DNA of 64,000 nt from an uncultured Planctomycetia bacterium (lineage in GTDB: Bacteria > Omnitrophota > Gorgyraeia > 1-14-0-20-64-10): the NCBI GenBank assembly GCA_964603095.1, contig CAZRTR010000001.1, positions 8,723 through 72,722 on the forward strand, written 5' to 3'. Below are positions 10,046 through 18,555 of this stretch, piece by piece. Below the pieces are notes generated by a model. That model was not told the origin of the DNA, made no database searches, and was given only the letters and a program-made list of their open reading frames with translations. A program made the translations under genes and the position numbers. Position 1 is the stretch's first letter, and each line of letters opens with the position of its first letter.

Positions 10046-10479
10046 GGGCTTCCTGATCCCTTCAGTTGGGCGATATGCGGATGCTCCGCCCCGGCGTAGA
10101 TTCGAAGGTGCCTGGCCACCTGCCGGCCCAAAGGGCCGCGGGGCAGCATTCCGACGACCGCGTGGCGGATCACCTCCGTCGGCCGCCGATTCAAAAGCCG
10201 GGAGAGGGGTTCTTTCTTCAGGCCGCTCGGATACCCGGAGTAGCGGGTGTAGATCTTGGAATCCAGCTTGGTTCCGGTCACCCGGATCTTCTGGGCGTTG
10301 ATCACCACCACCCCATCCCCGCAGTCGACGTGGGGGGTGAAGGTGGGCTTGTGCTTGCCGCGCAGGAGAACAGCCACCCGCACGGCCAAACGCCCCAGCA
10401 CCTGGCCCTGCGCATCGACGAGATGCCATTTCCGGGTCACCTCGCTCGGTTTCAATTGGAATGTTTTCTGCTCAATCAT
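10036..10479 (-). CDS. rplM: 50S ribosomal protein L13
   Basis: [23 protein letters not shown]... matches the L13 family. The start is trimmed from a 174-aa ORF. Confidence 0.9.
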   Translation of the reverse strand: MIEQKTFQLKPSEVTRKWHLVDAQGQVLGRLAVRVAVLLRGKHKPTFTPHVDCGDGVVVINAQKIRVTGTKLDSKIYTRYSGYPSGLKKEPLSRLLNRRPTEVIRHAVVGMLPRGPLGRQVARHLRIYAGAEHPHIAQLKGSGSPCP

Positions 10480-10495
10480 CGAAACCTCTATGCTA

Positions 10496-11623
10496 TCAGG
10501 AAGGGAGGAAAAATTCCATATCAATCCATTCCCTCGCCTTGAGCACTTCCACCTTGACATGGAGCGGCCCCTCCCGCGCCGAGAGGGGCATCTCCCCCAG
10601 CAGGGAAGCCCCGTCCTGGGAGGAGGTGAAGAAGCCGGTGATCGGCCTGGGCCCGTCCGGGTTCAACACCCAGCGGCCCTGCAAGGATCGGGTATCGACG
10701 GGGCGGTTGAGGTGGTCGTTCACGTACAGGATCAGGCGGCTCTCCTTCTCCCGGATCAGCTCGTAATGGAAGATGTCGTTGGCATCCCCAAAGTATCCCC
10801 CGTGCCGTGGGCCATGGGCGGCTGTCTTCTCCAGCGCGGCGGAGAGGGCGAAATCGGTTCCCATCGCGACGAAGAAGCCGATCAGCAGTCCGATCTCCAC
10901 AATTGCCTCCCCCTTGAGGATCCGGCCCAAGTGGAGCAGCTCCCCCACAATATAGAGGATCGTTCCGGCCGCCAGGGCCAGGCAGAAGACCTCGGTGGTT
11001 TTGCTGACCCAGGCCGATCCGGCCACCGCCCCCAGGAAGGTGGGGCCTCCGGCGATCACCCCCGTCAGCCCCAAGAATCCCCAGCTGGCCCGGTGCCCGG
11101 ATAAGGGGGCGGCGATCCCGAACCCTTCCGTGGCGTTGTGGAGGGCGAAGCCGATCGCCAGCAGCCAGGCCAATTCCCTTGCCCCGGCCGCGTGCCCCTG
11201 CCCGATTGCCAGCCCCTCGCTCAAGTTGTGCAGCCCCAGCCCCAGGGCGATCATCAGGGCCAGCTGCTTGGCCCGCCGGGCCGGCGGCACCTCATCCTTG
11301 GCCGAGCCGATGAACCGCTTCTCGAACCAGACCAGGCCGAGCAGCCCGATCGAGAAGCCCAGGACGAAGATCCCTCCGTACCGGAAGGCGCCGGAGAGGG
11401 AGCCGCCGCTCACCGCCGCCTGTTCCACCATCTCCTCGATCTCCTCGATCAGATGGCCGGCGATCTCCACCAGGAGGAAGATCAGAATCCCGGTGGAGAC
11501 GGCGTTCAAGAAGGCCTTGGCCTTCTTCGACACATGCGCCAGCCGGGCGATCGGCAAGCCAAGGAAGATGGTCCCTCCCGCGATCAGCCCCAGAAACCAG
11601 GGAGACGAGATGCTTATTCCCAT
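10496..11623 (-). CDS. ZIP-family (ZupT/GufA-like) metal permease with an extra C-terminal soluble domain
   Basis: Eight predicted TM helices with HNLSEG and HNATEG signatures. A roughly 105-aa hydrophilic, beta-rich C-terminal extension has no recognised match. Confidence 0.75.
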   Translation of the reverse strand: MGISISSPWFLGLIAGGTIFLGLPIARLAHVSKKAKAFLNAVSTGILIFLLVEIAGHLIEEIEEMVEQAAVSGGSLSGAFRYGGIFVLGFSIGLLGLVWFEKRFIGSAKDEVPPARRAKQLALMIALGLGLHNLSEGLAIGQGHAAGARELAWLLAIGFALHNATEGFGIAAPLSGHRASWGFLGLTGVIAGGPTFLGAVAGSAWVSKTTEVFCLALAAGTILYIVGELLHLGRILKGEAIVEIGLLIGFFVAMGTDFALSAALEKTAAHGPRHGGYFGDANDIFHYELIREKESRLILYVNDHLNRPVDTRSLQGRWVLNPDGPRPITGFFTSSQDGASLLGEMPLSAREGPLHVKVEVLKAREWIDMEFFLPS

Positions 11624-12147
11624 TCCTCTGCTTCAACAATCTGGAATCGGATCCGGATCCGGATCGATCCCGAGACCGGAATCCCGGCCCGGCGGGCCGG
11701 AATGAATATCCATTTTGCCACAGCCGATGCAGCCACTTCATCCAAAATCACCGATCCGGAAGAGCTCTCCATCACCACGAGAAAGGCCCTTCCCTGGGGA
11801 TTCACCTCCACCCAGAGGGAGGTAACCCCCTGGATTCCGCGACGAAAGGCCTCCGGCGGATAAGGAGGCGGTGGATTTCGGAATGACCGGGGTGCGGTGG
11901 CCTCTACCCCTTCCACCTCCGAAAGCGCCGTCACCGGCTCCGCAACCTTCTTCTGTGGGACCGGCTCGATGTTCAGGGAGGCCCGGGGTGGGGTCGGCTT
12001 TGAACGGAAGACTACCGCCACTTTCGCCTCTCCTGGAGTCGCTTCGAAGGAGGGAGGGGTTTGCCTCCAGCCGACTGTTCCGACTGCGGCTCCCGTATGG
12101 AGCAACAGTGAACATCCGAGCGCGATCATCCACCGGGGGTTCATCAA
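11614..12147 (-). CDS. tonB: energy transducer TonB
   Basis: N-terminal anchor, Pro-rich spacer, and a TonB C-terminal domain (PPPYPPEAFRRGIQGVTSLWVEVNPQG...). Confidence 0.8.
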   Translation of the reverse strand: MMNPRWMIALGCSLLLHTGAAVGTVGWRQTPPSFEATPGEAKVAVVFRSKPTPPRASLNIEPVPQKKVAEPVTALSEVEGVEATAPRSFRNPPPPYPPEAFRRGIQGVTSLWVEVNPQGRAFLVVMESSSGSVILDEVAASAVAKWIFIPARRAGIPVSGSIRIRIRFQIVEAEEWE

Positions 12148-12593
12148 TCGGCCTCCTCCTTCTTCGGCTCCACGGCCAGAACCACCTGCTTTGCACCGCT
12201 TTGCCGGGCCAGATCCAGGACATCGACGACTCTTTGGTGGAGAACCTCCTTATCCGCGTTGATCACCACGGGCCTTTGGGGGCTGGAACCGGACACCGCT
12301 GCGGAGCCGACCAGGGTGCGCAGGCGAGAGCTCAAGTCCCCCTCCGTCACGCGGGTTTCCCCGAGGAAAATCTCTCCGGAGTTTCGAATGAAGATCTGAA
12401 TGGACTTGAGCTCCCTGCGGAGGGTTTCTCCGGAGGAGGCGTGGGCTAGGTCGACGGGGATTCCACGTTGCAGAACCATGGCGGTGGCGATATAGATGAA
12501 GAAGGTCAACAGCAGGAACATGCAGTCGATCAAAGGGACCATCTCGATCCTCGCTCGGCGCCGCGAACGGGAGAATCGACGCGTCGAACGCAT
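12144..12593 (-). CDS. exbD: biopolymer transport protein ExbD/TolR
   Basis: MVPLIDCMFLLLTFFI membrane helix followed by a periplasmic domain, as in the ExbD family. Confidence 0.85.
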   Translation of the reverse strand: MRSTRRFSRSRRRARIEMVPLIDCMFLLLTFFIYIATAMVLQRGIPVDLAHASSGETLRRELKSIQIFIRNSGEIFLGETRVTEGDLSSRLRTLVGSAAVSGSSPQRPVVINADKEVLHQRVVDVLDLARQSGAKQVVLAVEPKKEEAD

Positions 12594-12595
12594 CT

Positions 12596-13237
12596 TTACC
12601 TTTCCGCCTCCAGAACTTCCAAGGAGCTGCTTGCCCTTTCCTTCGCCTGTGTATAAAGAATCTCGAACTCGTGGGCGTACCGCTCCAGGCGGAAGGCGAG
12701 CCGGTCGCTCAAAGTCAGGAACAGATTGTAGAAGACCAGGGCTGGCATCGCGATCCCCAGACCGAACTCGGTGGTGATTAATGCCTCGGCGATCCCGACG
12801 CTGACCGCCTGTGGGGTGGGCGAAGCATGACCCAGCAGGTCGAAGGCCTTGACGATCCCCATCACCGTCCCGAAGATTCCCAGGAGAGGAGAGAGGGTGA
12901 TCACCGTATCCAGTCCGGGAAGGGTTTCCCGGGTTTTTTCATCTGCCTCATCGACAACCAGTTCCAAGGCGTCGGCGAGAGGTCGGTCTCCGTGTTTCAA
13001 GGCGCTGACCAGCGCCTGGATTCCGGGGTGGCGGCTTTCCTTGCCCATTCGCAAAGCTTCCTTCAGGTGCCCATGCCGGATCTGCTCCAGCCATCGGTCC
13101 AGCTCCTCCGGGCTGGAGCGCTTCCGATGCTGTCCCCAGAAGAGAAGCCGCTCCACAATGAGGGCAACACCCAGGACGGAACAGGCCAACAGGGGCCACA
13201 TGACCGGCCCCCCTTTTAGGAACCACGACACCAGCAT
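12596..13237 (-). CDS. exbB: MotA/TolQ/ExbB proton channel
   Basis: Three TM helices and the typical ExbB C-terminal helices (LGLLGTVMGIVKAF). Confidence 0.85.
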   Translation of the reverse strand: MLVSWFLKGGPVMWPLLACSVLGVALIVERLLFWGQHRKRSSPEELDRWLEQIRHGHLKEALRMGKESRHPGIQALVSALKHGDRPLADALELVVDEADEKTRETLPGLDTVITLSPLLGIFGTVMGIVKAFDLLGHASPTPQAVSVGIAEALITTEFGLGIAMPALVFYNLFLTLSDRLAFRLERYAHEFEILYTQAKERASSSLEVLEAER

Positions 13238-13252
13238 GGAAAGATCTCCTTT

Positions 13253-15415
13253 CTAGAACTTCAGCTTGACTCCCGCATAATAGGTGCGTCCTGCGGCCGG
13301 CTCAATACCATCCGAGCGGACACGCGAGAAGTAACCTTCGTCCAGGAGATTGTTGATCCCCAGGAAGATGTTGAAAGTATCCTTCACCAGATTCGCCTCT
13401 GCCGTGAGATCCCACACCGCATAGGCGGGAATGGCGGTGAGCCCCGTGCCGCCTGCTGCATTGTCGTCCGCCCAGAAATGATCCTCCACGAACGTCCCCA
13501 GGAGTGCCACCTTGGCCCGATCGGCCCATCGGTAGATGAGGCCGGCTTTCGCCAGGTAGGCGGGGGCGAATGCCGGCTCCAGGCCGGCGCGGGGCCCCTC
13601 ATCAAATTCAGCATCCAGCAGGGAAACGTTGCCATAGAGGCTGAGTGTCCCGAAGCGGTCCAAGGGTGCCAGGTTTAAACCTGGCACCCTAGAAACCAGT
13701 TGAGTCAGGTTGACTTCGCCGGCCAGATCGGCTCCCTGATAGATTGCTTTCCCGACGTTTTGGCGCTGGGTGTTGGAGCCGACGGTGACGGTTCCGAAGA
13801 AATTATCGTACACCGTCCGGAAGATGCTCGTATCGAACTGGAGCCAGGGCAAGGGATTGCCCCTGGCTCCCAGCTCGTACGTCCAGGTCTTTCCCTCGTC
13901 CAACGAGGTCGCCGGAAGGGTGTTGTTCCCGGTGGGGGCCAGGTCATCGAACTGGGCCGGCTTGTACCCCTGCGAGATGTTGGCGTACAACTGGCTGTTT
14001 TTGGGAATGTCATATTGGATTCCTAACCCCACCAGCGGAACGACCGTGAACTCGTCGATGTTGTGGAGGGCAGAGGTCTTGCTGGTATTGAAGTTTTCCT
14101 TGACCCGCTGGTTCAGCAGATCCAAACGGAATCCCGGAACGATCGACAGGTTCCCGAAGAGGAACCGGTTTTCGCCGTAGAGGGCTCCGTAAACCGTCCG
14201 ATAGTCGAAATCGAAAATCGGATTCCCCAGCTCGGTGGGGTACCTTCCTGTCGCGCTGCGGTCCTGAGTGCGGGGACCGCTTGAGGTGTAGAAGGTTGCC
14301 CCGGCGGTCAGCGTCTGGGTGTCGCCGAAGGCCTGGTAATCGTGCCGCACCCGGCTTTCGATCCCCCCAGCGCTCGTCTCGCGGCGGTCCAGGTTGTTCT
14401 GCGTGGAGGTGTTGCTGGTGCGGCGGAGAGACCAGCGGTCGTAGTAACTCCCGTAGAAGATCCAGGAGATCTTTGTGTTGGCAGATACGTCGGTCTCGTT
14501 TTTTAAACTGGCGGCGTACCGGGAGATCTCCAGCCGGTCGCCAGGTCGGGGAGTCTGTTCCCGATTCAACTGATACTGGGCCAGTGTGAGCCGCCCCGGC
14601 TCCCGCGCTTCGCTCTCATGGGCGTCTACATTCAGCGTCCATTTGGATTCGGTGCCGTGGCTGCGGCTAGCGGAGGCCGCACCACTTGTAATCTCAGAGT
14701 CGCGGCGGTGGATCACCTTGGCGCTGCCGCCGCTCACGTCAAATCCCTCGTTGGCCCTGGGCCCATTGGAGTGGGAGTGATACTGGTAAGCCAGCGCTCC
14801 CCAAGGCCCTTGGACCATCGAGCCGCGGTTGAAGGTGCTGTAGGTCCCGAAGGAACCCATGGTATTGGAAGTGGAAGTATGCCACCCTTCCTGCGTGGGG
14901 GTATCGTAGGTGACGTAGTTCAATACCGGACCCGGCTGAGGACCGTAAAGCAGGGCTCCTCCACCTCGGATCAACTCGATTCGTTCTACCGACTCCAGGG
15001 GAGGGGTGTAATAGGTCGTGGAATACCCCAATCGATCCATCCCAATGGGGATCCCATCTTTGAGAGTGAGCAGGTCCTGTGATTCGTGGGGATCGCCGAT
15101 CCCCCGGTAGTTGATGTTCACGATGCTTCGGTTGTTCAGCTCCGAAACCAGCAGCCCCGGCATCTGGTAAAAAGCCTGGCGGTAGTTGTTGTTGTGGATC
15201 GGAGGCAGCCGGCGCAGTGAGGTTTGGGTCGCCTTCTTGCCGGAGTAAATGGTTGTGCCTTGAACGTCTGGAAGGAACGGACCCGCCTCTTTTCTCTTCA
15301 CCGCTTCAACCGTCACTTCCTCCTCCGGAACCGCTTCTTGAGCCATCGCCGCCGGTATTCCTGTGACTGTGAGAATCGCTAGGGCGATCCCGCCCATCCA
15401 AGGTTGAAATCGCAT
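13253..15415 (-). CDS. TonB-dependent outer-membrane receptor
   Basis: Signal peptide, a plug domain with a TonB box, a 22-strand barrel, and a C-terminal ...YAGVKLKF aromatic terminus. Confidence 0.85.
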   Translation of the reverse strand: MRFQPWMGGIALAILTVTGIPAAMAQEAVPEEEVTVEAVKRKEAGPFLPDVQGTTIYSGKKATQTSLRRLPPIHNNNYRQAFYQMPGLLVSELNNRSIVNINYRGIGDPHESQDLLTLKDGIPIGMDRLGYSTTYYTPPLESVERIELIRGGGALLYGPQPGPVLNYVTYDTPTQEGWHTSTSNTMGSFGTYSTFNRGSMVQGPWGALAYQYHSHSNGPRANEGFDVSGGSAKVIHRRDSEITSGAASASRSHGTESKWTLNVDAHESEAREPGRLTLAQYQLNREQTPRPGDRLEISRYAASLKNETDVSANTKISWIFYGSYYDRWSLRRTSNTSTQNNLDRRETSAGGIESRVRHDYQAFGDTQTLTAGATFYTSSGPRTQDRSATGRYPTELGNPIFDFDYRTVYGALYGENRFLFGNLSIVPGFRLDLLNQRVKENFNTSKTSALHNIDEFTVVPLVGLGIQYDIPKNSQLYANISQGYKPAQFDDLAPTGNNTLPATSLDEGKTWTYELGARGNPLPWLQFDTSIFRTVYDNFFGTVTVGSNTQRQNVGKAIYQGADLAGEVNLTQLVSRVPGLNLAPLDRFGTLSLYGNVSLLDAEFDEGPRAGLEPAFAPAYLAKAGLIYRWADRAKVALLGTFVEDHFWADDNAAGGTGLTAIPAYAVWDLTAEANLVKDTFNIFLGINNLLDEGYFSRVRSDGIEPAAGRTYYAGVKLKF

Positions 15416-15475
15416 TCGACAATCTCCTGGGGAAGGCCGTCTCCTCCAAAGGTTTGGTCGGATCGGGCGTGTGTC

Positions 15476-15646
15476 CTACTTTGGATGGCCTCCAGCGGTC
15501 TGGTCGGCTTGACAAACGCGGATCTTCTCGTTCTTCTCGATCTGAACGACCCGAGAATCCTGAATCACCACAGAGACGGTTCCGTAACGAATGGAGCGAA
15601 TCGCCTCCGCAATCCGTTCCAGGACGGTGTCCAACTCCTTCCTCAT
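15476..15646 (-). CDS. YezD/DUF2292-like small protein
   Basis: 56 aa, MRKELDTVLERIAEAIRSIRYGTVSVVIQDSRVVQIEKNEKIRV. It matches the YGSV.I.VQDG.VVQIE.TEK.R signature remembered for YezD-family proteins. It lies between the Fur-family gene and the receptor. Confidence 0.5.
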   Translation of the reverse strand: MRKELDTVLERIAEAIRSIRYGTVSVVIQDSRVVQIEKNEKIRVCQADQTAGGHPK

Positions 15647-16152
15647 GACGGGCGGCGCTTCAAGCAGTCGTGGCAGCGGCCGAAGATCTCGTGCCGGTGC
15701 CAGAGGGCCACGAACCCGTGCCGGCGGATCGCCCCGTCCTGGAACCGCTCCATCATCGGGCTCTGGAACTCGATGATCCGCCCGCATTCGATGCAGACCA
15801 TATGGTCGTGGTGCGGCCGGTCGGCCTTCAGCTCGTACTTCGCCCTCCCGTTGGCCGATCCCACCTCCGCCACCAGGCCGCACTCCTGTAAGAGCTTCAC
15901 CGTCCGGAAGATCGTGGCCCGCCCGATCGTCGGGTCCTGCTTCTTGAGTTGGTCGTACATCTCATCGATTCCCAGGTGCCGCTGGGCGTTCATCAGCGCC
16001 CGAAGGATCTCCTCCCTCTGCCGGGTGAGTTTCAGCCCGTGCCGGCCCAGGTGCTCCTGAAAGGTCTGCAGCACCGTCGCCAGCCAGGCCTTGAACTGGG
16101 CCGGGCGCCGGGCGTGCTTGGGGAACAGGATCACTTCCGCGGGTAGCTTCAC
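15643..16152 (-). CDS. Fur-family transcriptional regulator (possibly Zur)
   Basis: Winged-helix N-terminus, HHDH and two CxxC metal sites (CIECG...CHDC). Its genomic context is a metal-uptake locus. Confidence 0.85.
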   Translation of the reverse strand: MKLPAEVILFPKHARRPAQFKAWLATVLQTFQEHLGRHGLKLTRQREEILRALMNAQRHLGIDEMYDQLKKQDPTIGRATIFRTVKLLQECGLVAEVGSANGRAKYELKADRPHHDHMVCIECGRIIEFQSPMMERFQDGAIRRHGFVALWHRHEIFGRCHDCLKRRPS

Positions 16153-16220
16153 CCCGCCCCTCCCGTTCCCCGCCCCACCTTGTTGAGATTGAGACTTGAT
16201 TTCATCTCATTGAGATCGAG

Positions 16221-16236
16221 TCTCATTATCAGGAAC
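16221..16236. promoter_or_regulatory. Fur/Zur-box-like operator half-site in the divergent fur/NSS promoter region
   Basis: gagtctcATTATCagg lies within an AT-richer imperfect palindrome (gagac...gtctc, repeated TTGAGAT motifs) that resembles the ATCATTATC part of the Fur box. Confidence 0.3.
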
Positions 16237-16246
16237 GGGCGGCGGC

Positions 16247-16275
16247 TTGTCAAGGGAAAAATCAGGTCGTACAAT
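16247..16275 (+). promoter_or_regulatory. sigma70-type promoter for the NSS transporter
   Basis: TTGTCA, a 17-nt spacer, then TACAAT. AAGGAGG lies 6-8 nt upstream of the ATG at 16302. Confidence 0.55.
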
Positions 16276-16301
16276 GTTCCTTAAAACCCAAGGAGGTCCC
16301 C

Positions 16302-17813
16302 ATGACATCCAAACAGCCGCAGCCGGGGATGGAGCCGCACCGACCCCAGTGGAAGAGCCAGTGGGGTTTCCTGCTGGCCGCGGTCGGATCGGCGATCGGC
16401 CTGGGGTCGATCTGGCGATTTCCCTACGTGGCCTACGAGAACGGCGGCGGGGCCTACCTGATCCCTTACTTCATCGCCCTGGTGACGGCGGGGATCCCCC
16501 TCATGATCCTGGAGTATGGGATCGGCCACCAGATGCGGGGCTCGGCCCCGATGTCGTTCGCCAAGGTCCGTCCCCACTGGGAGTGGCTCGGATGGTGGAT
16601 GGTGATCTTTGTGATGTTCGGGATCGTCATGTATTACGCGGTGGTGATCGCCTGGTGCGTCTGCTACCTGGGCTATTCCTTCAACCTATGCTGGGGAGCC
16701 GATCCAAACACCTTTTTCTTTCAACAGTTCTTGGGGGTGACCGCCGGCCCCCAGGTGATCGGGGATGTGCGGACCCCGATCCTGCTGGGGCTGCTGGTCG
16801 TCTGGATCCTCAACTGGCTGATCGTCTTCTTCGGGGTCGAGCAGGGGATCGAGAAAGCGAACAAGATCTTCATGCCGACTCTGTTCGTTCTGATCCTGGT
16901 TCTTGTCGGCTGGATGGCCTTCCTCCCTGGGGCGAGGGAGGGGATCGGGCGATACTTGAAGCCCGATTTCAGCCGGCTGGGGGATCCAAAGGTCTGGATC
17001 GACGCCTATTCTCAGATCTTCTTCACCTTGTCGCTCGGCTTCGGCATCATGGTGGCCTACGCCTCTTACCTTCCCCGCAAGGCCGACATCAACTTCAACG
17101 CCGTCGCCTGCTCCCTGGTCGACACCATCGTCTCCCTGGTGGCCGGGCTGGCCGTCTTCGGGACCCTGGGCTACATGGCGGCGGCCACGGGCAAGCCGTT
17201 CGAGCAGGTGGTCCAGCACGGGATCGGGCTGGCCTTCGTCGCCTACCCCCAGGCGATCGGGCTTCTGCCCAGCTTCTCCCGACTGTTCGGGGTCCTCTTC
17301 TTCCTGACCCTGACGGTGGCCGGGATCGCTTCCTCTATATCGATCCTGGAGGCCTTCAGCGCCGCCGTGATCGACAAGTTCCATTACCCCCGCAGGATCG
17401 TGGTGACGGCCCTGTCGATCTTAGGGTTCTTAGGGGGGATCATCTTCGCTACCGGAGGGGGCCTGGCCTGGCTCGACATTGTGGACCATTTCTTGAGCCA
17501 CTATGGGCTGTTCGCCTCCTGCATCCTCCAGTGCATCCTGGTCGGCTGGATCTACGGGGCGAACCGCTTGCGGGAGCATGTCAACAGTGTCTCTCTCTTC
17601 CCGGTAGGGCGGCTGTTCGACTTCTCGATCAAGTTCTTCATCCCGGCGGTGTTGGCTCTCCTGTTCCTCAACGACTTCCTCAAGGACGTCCGCCAGCCGT
17701 ACGGGGGCTACTCCTGGATCGCCGTGATCCTGATCGGGCGGGACTGGCTCTTCGTCACCCTGATTGCGGCCCTGTTCGTCGCCCTTCGCCCCTGGCGCAA
17801 ATCGGCCGCTTAA
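16302..17813 (+). CDS. sodium-dependent transporter, neurotransmitter:sodium symporter (NSS/SNF) family
   Basis: WKSQWGFLLAAVGSAIGLGSIWRFPY... fits the NSS family, with 11-12 predicted TM helices. It is the only plus-strand gene in the window. Confidence 0.88.
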   Translation: MTSKQPQPGMEPHRPQWKSQWGFLLAAVGSAIGLGSIWRFPYVAYENGGGAYLIPYFIALVTAGIPLMILEYGIGHQMRGSAPMSFAKVRPHWEWLGWWMVIFVMFGIVMYYAVVIAWCVCYLGYSFNLCWGADPNTFFFQQFLGVTAGPQVIGDVRTPILLGLLVVWILNWLIVFFGVEQGIEKANKIFMPTLFVLILVLVGWMAFLPGAREGIGRYLKPDFSRLGDPKVWIDAYSQIFFTLSLGFGIMVAYASYLPRKADINFNAVACSLVDTIVSLVAGLAVFGTLGYMAAATGKPFEQVVQHGIGLAFVAYPQAIGLLPSFSRLFGVLFFLTLTVAGIASSISILEAFSAAVIDKFHYPRRIVVTALSILGFLGGIIFATGGGLAWLDIVDHFLSHYGLFASCILQCILVGWIYGANRLREHVNSVSLFPVGRLFDFSIKFFIPAVLALLFLNDFLKDVRQPYGGYSWIAVILIGRDWLFVTLIAALFVALRPWRKSAA

Positions 17814-17820
17814 CCGATTC

Positions 17821-18204
17821 TCAGTGCTGACCGGCGAGATATCGCTGGGTTTCTTGCAGAAATTCCCTTGCCTGGTCAATCATCGTGCGTACGTCTTCGG
17901 AAGCAAGGTTTGCCTCGATGTCGTAGTCGGCACTCACCCTCTTGTTGAATGCTTGAAGGAGCCAACGGTGATACTTCGGATCGAGCAACTGCGTCTTGGC
18001 AAACTGTTCGCCGAAAGCGGCATGAACACCCCCATGTTTCTTGAACCGCAGGCCCTGTTCTCCCAACAGAGCTTCCGCCACATAAAACATAGCGTAGTAA
18101 GCTCTACTCGCCGACCCCTCCGTGTCGCCATCTTCAAGCAGTCGTTCCGCCGCTCGGATGGCTCGGTAAGCTTTATTGACGAGTCGCTGGGTGGCTTCTT
18201 TCAT
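17821..18204 (-). CDS. HEPN-domain protein (toxin of a HEPN/MNT pair)
   Basis: 127-aa all-helical protein of the HEPN family, immediately downstream of a minimal nucleotidyltransferase. Confidence 0.7.
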   Translation of the reverse strand: MKEATQRLVNKAYRAIRAAERLLEDGDTEGSASRAYYAMFYVAEALLGEQGLRFKKHGGVHAAFGEQFAKTQLLDPKYHRWLLQAFNKRVSADYDIEANLASEDVRTMIDQAREFLQETQRYLAGQH

Positions 18205-18216
18205 CAGGCAAGCGGG

Positions 18217-18555
18217 TTATGCCGCCAGGGCTTCCTCACGAACATTGGCGAGAAACGGGGTGTCTCCGCGAAGCCAGTCTGTTTCGGGCATGAAAACTAC
18301 GGTTACGCTAACACCGTGCTTTAAAGACAGATCCGCCATCAGTTGTCCCGTCCGATCCACTTCTCCGGCGTAGTGCTCGATACGATCCAGCACCACCAGC
18401 ACGTCCAGGTCCGATTCGGGATCGGCTTCCCCGCGAGCGTAAGAGCCGTAGAGGTAGACTCCTTTAAGGCGGCCACCGTAAATCGTTTGAAGCCCTGCCC
18501 TGAGCTCCCCCATGAGGGACATTGCTGCCCTCCTGTCCATCGCTCTTTTTAGCAT
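18217..18555 (-). CDS. minimal nucleotidyltransferase (MNT antitoxin)
   Basis: LYGSYARGEADPESDLDVLVV matches the GS-x9-13-DxD motif of nucleotidyltransferases. A GGAG SD sequence precedes the ATG. Confidence 0.75.
   Translation of the reverse strand: MLKRAMDRRAAMSLMGELRAGLQTIYGGRLKGVYLYGSYARGEADPESDLDVLVVLDRIEHYAGEVDRTGQLMADLSLKHGVSVTVVFMPETDWLRGDTPFLANVREEALAA

Noticed and set aside
15416-15475. Possible Zur box between the YezD-like ORF and the TonB-dependent receptor
   Set aside because: No convincing AT-rich palindrome was found in this 60-nt spacer. The only Fur-like motif seen is upstream of the regulator gene.
16247-17830. 527-aa plus-strand ORF overlapping the NSS transporter in another frame
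   Set aside because: It is hydrophilic and low-complexity, whereas the 16302..17813 frame encodes a textbook 12-TM NSS transporter with an SD sequence and a promoter.
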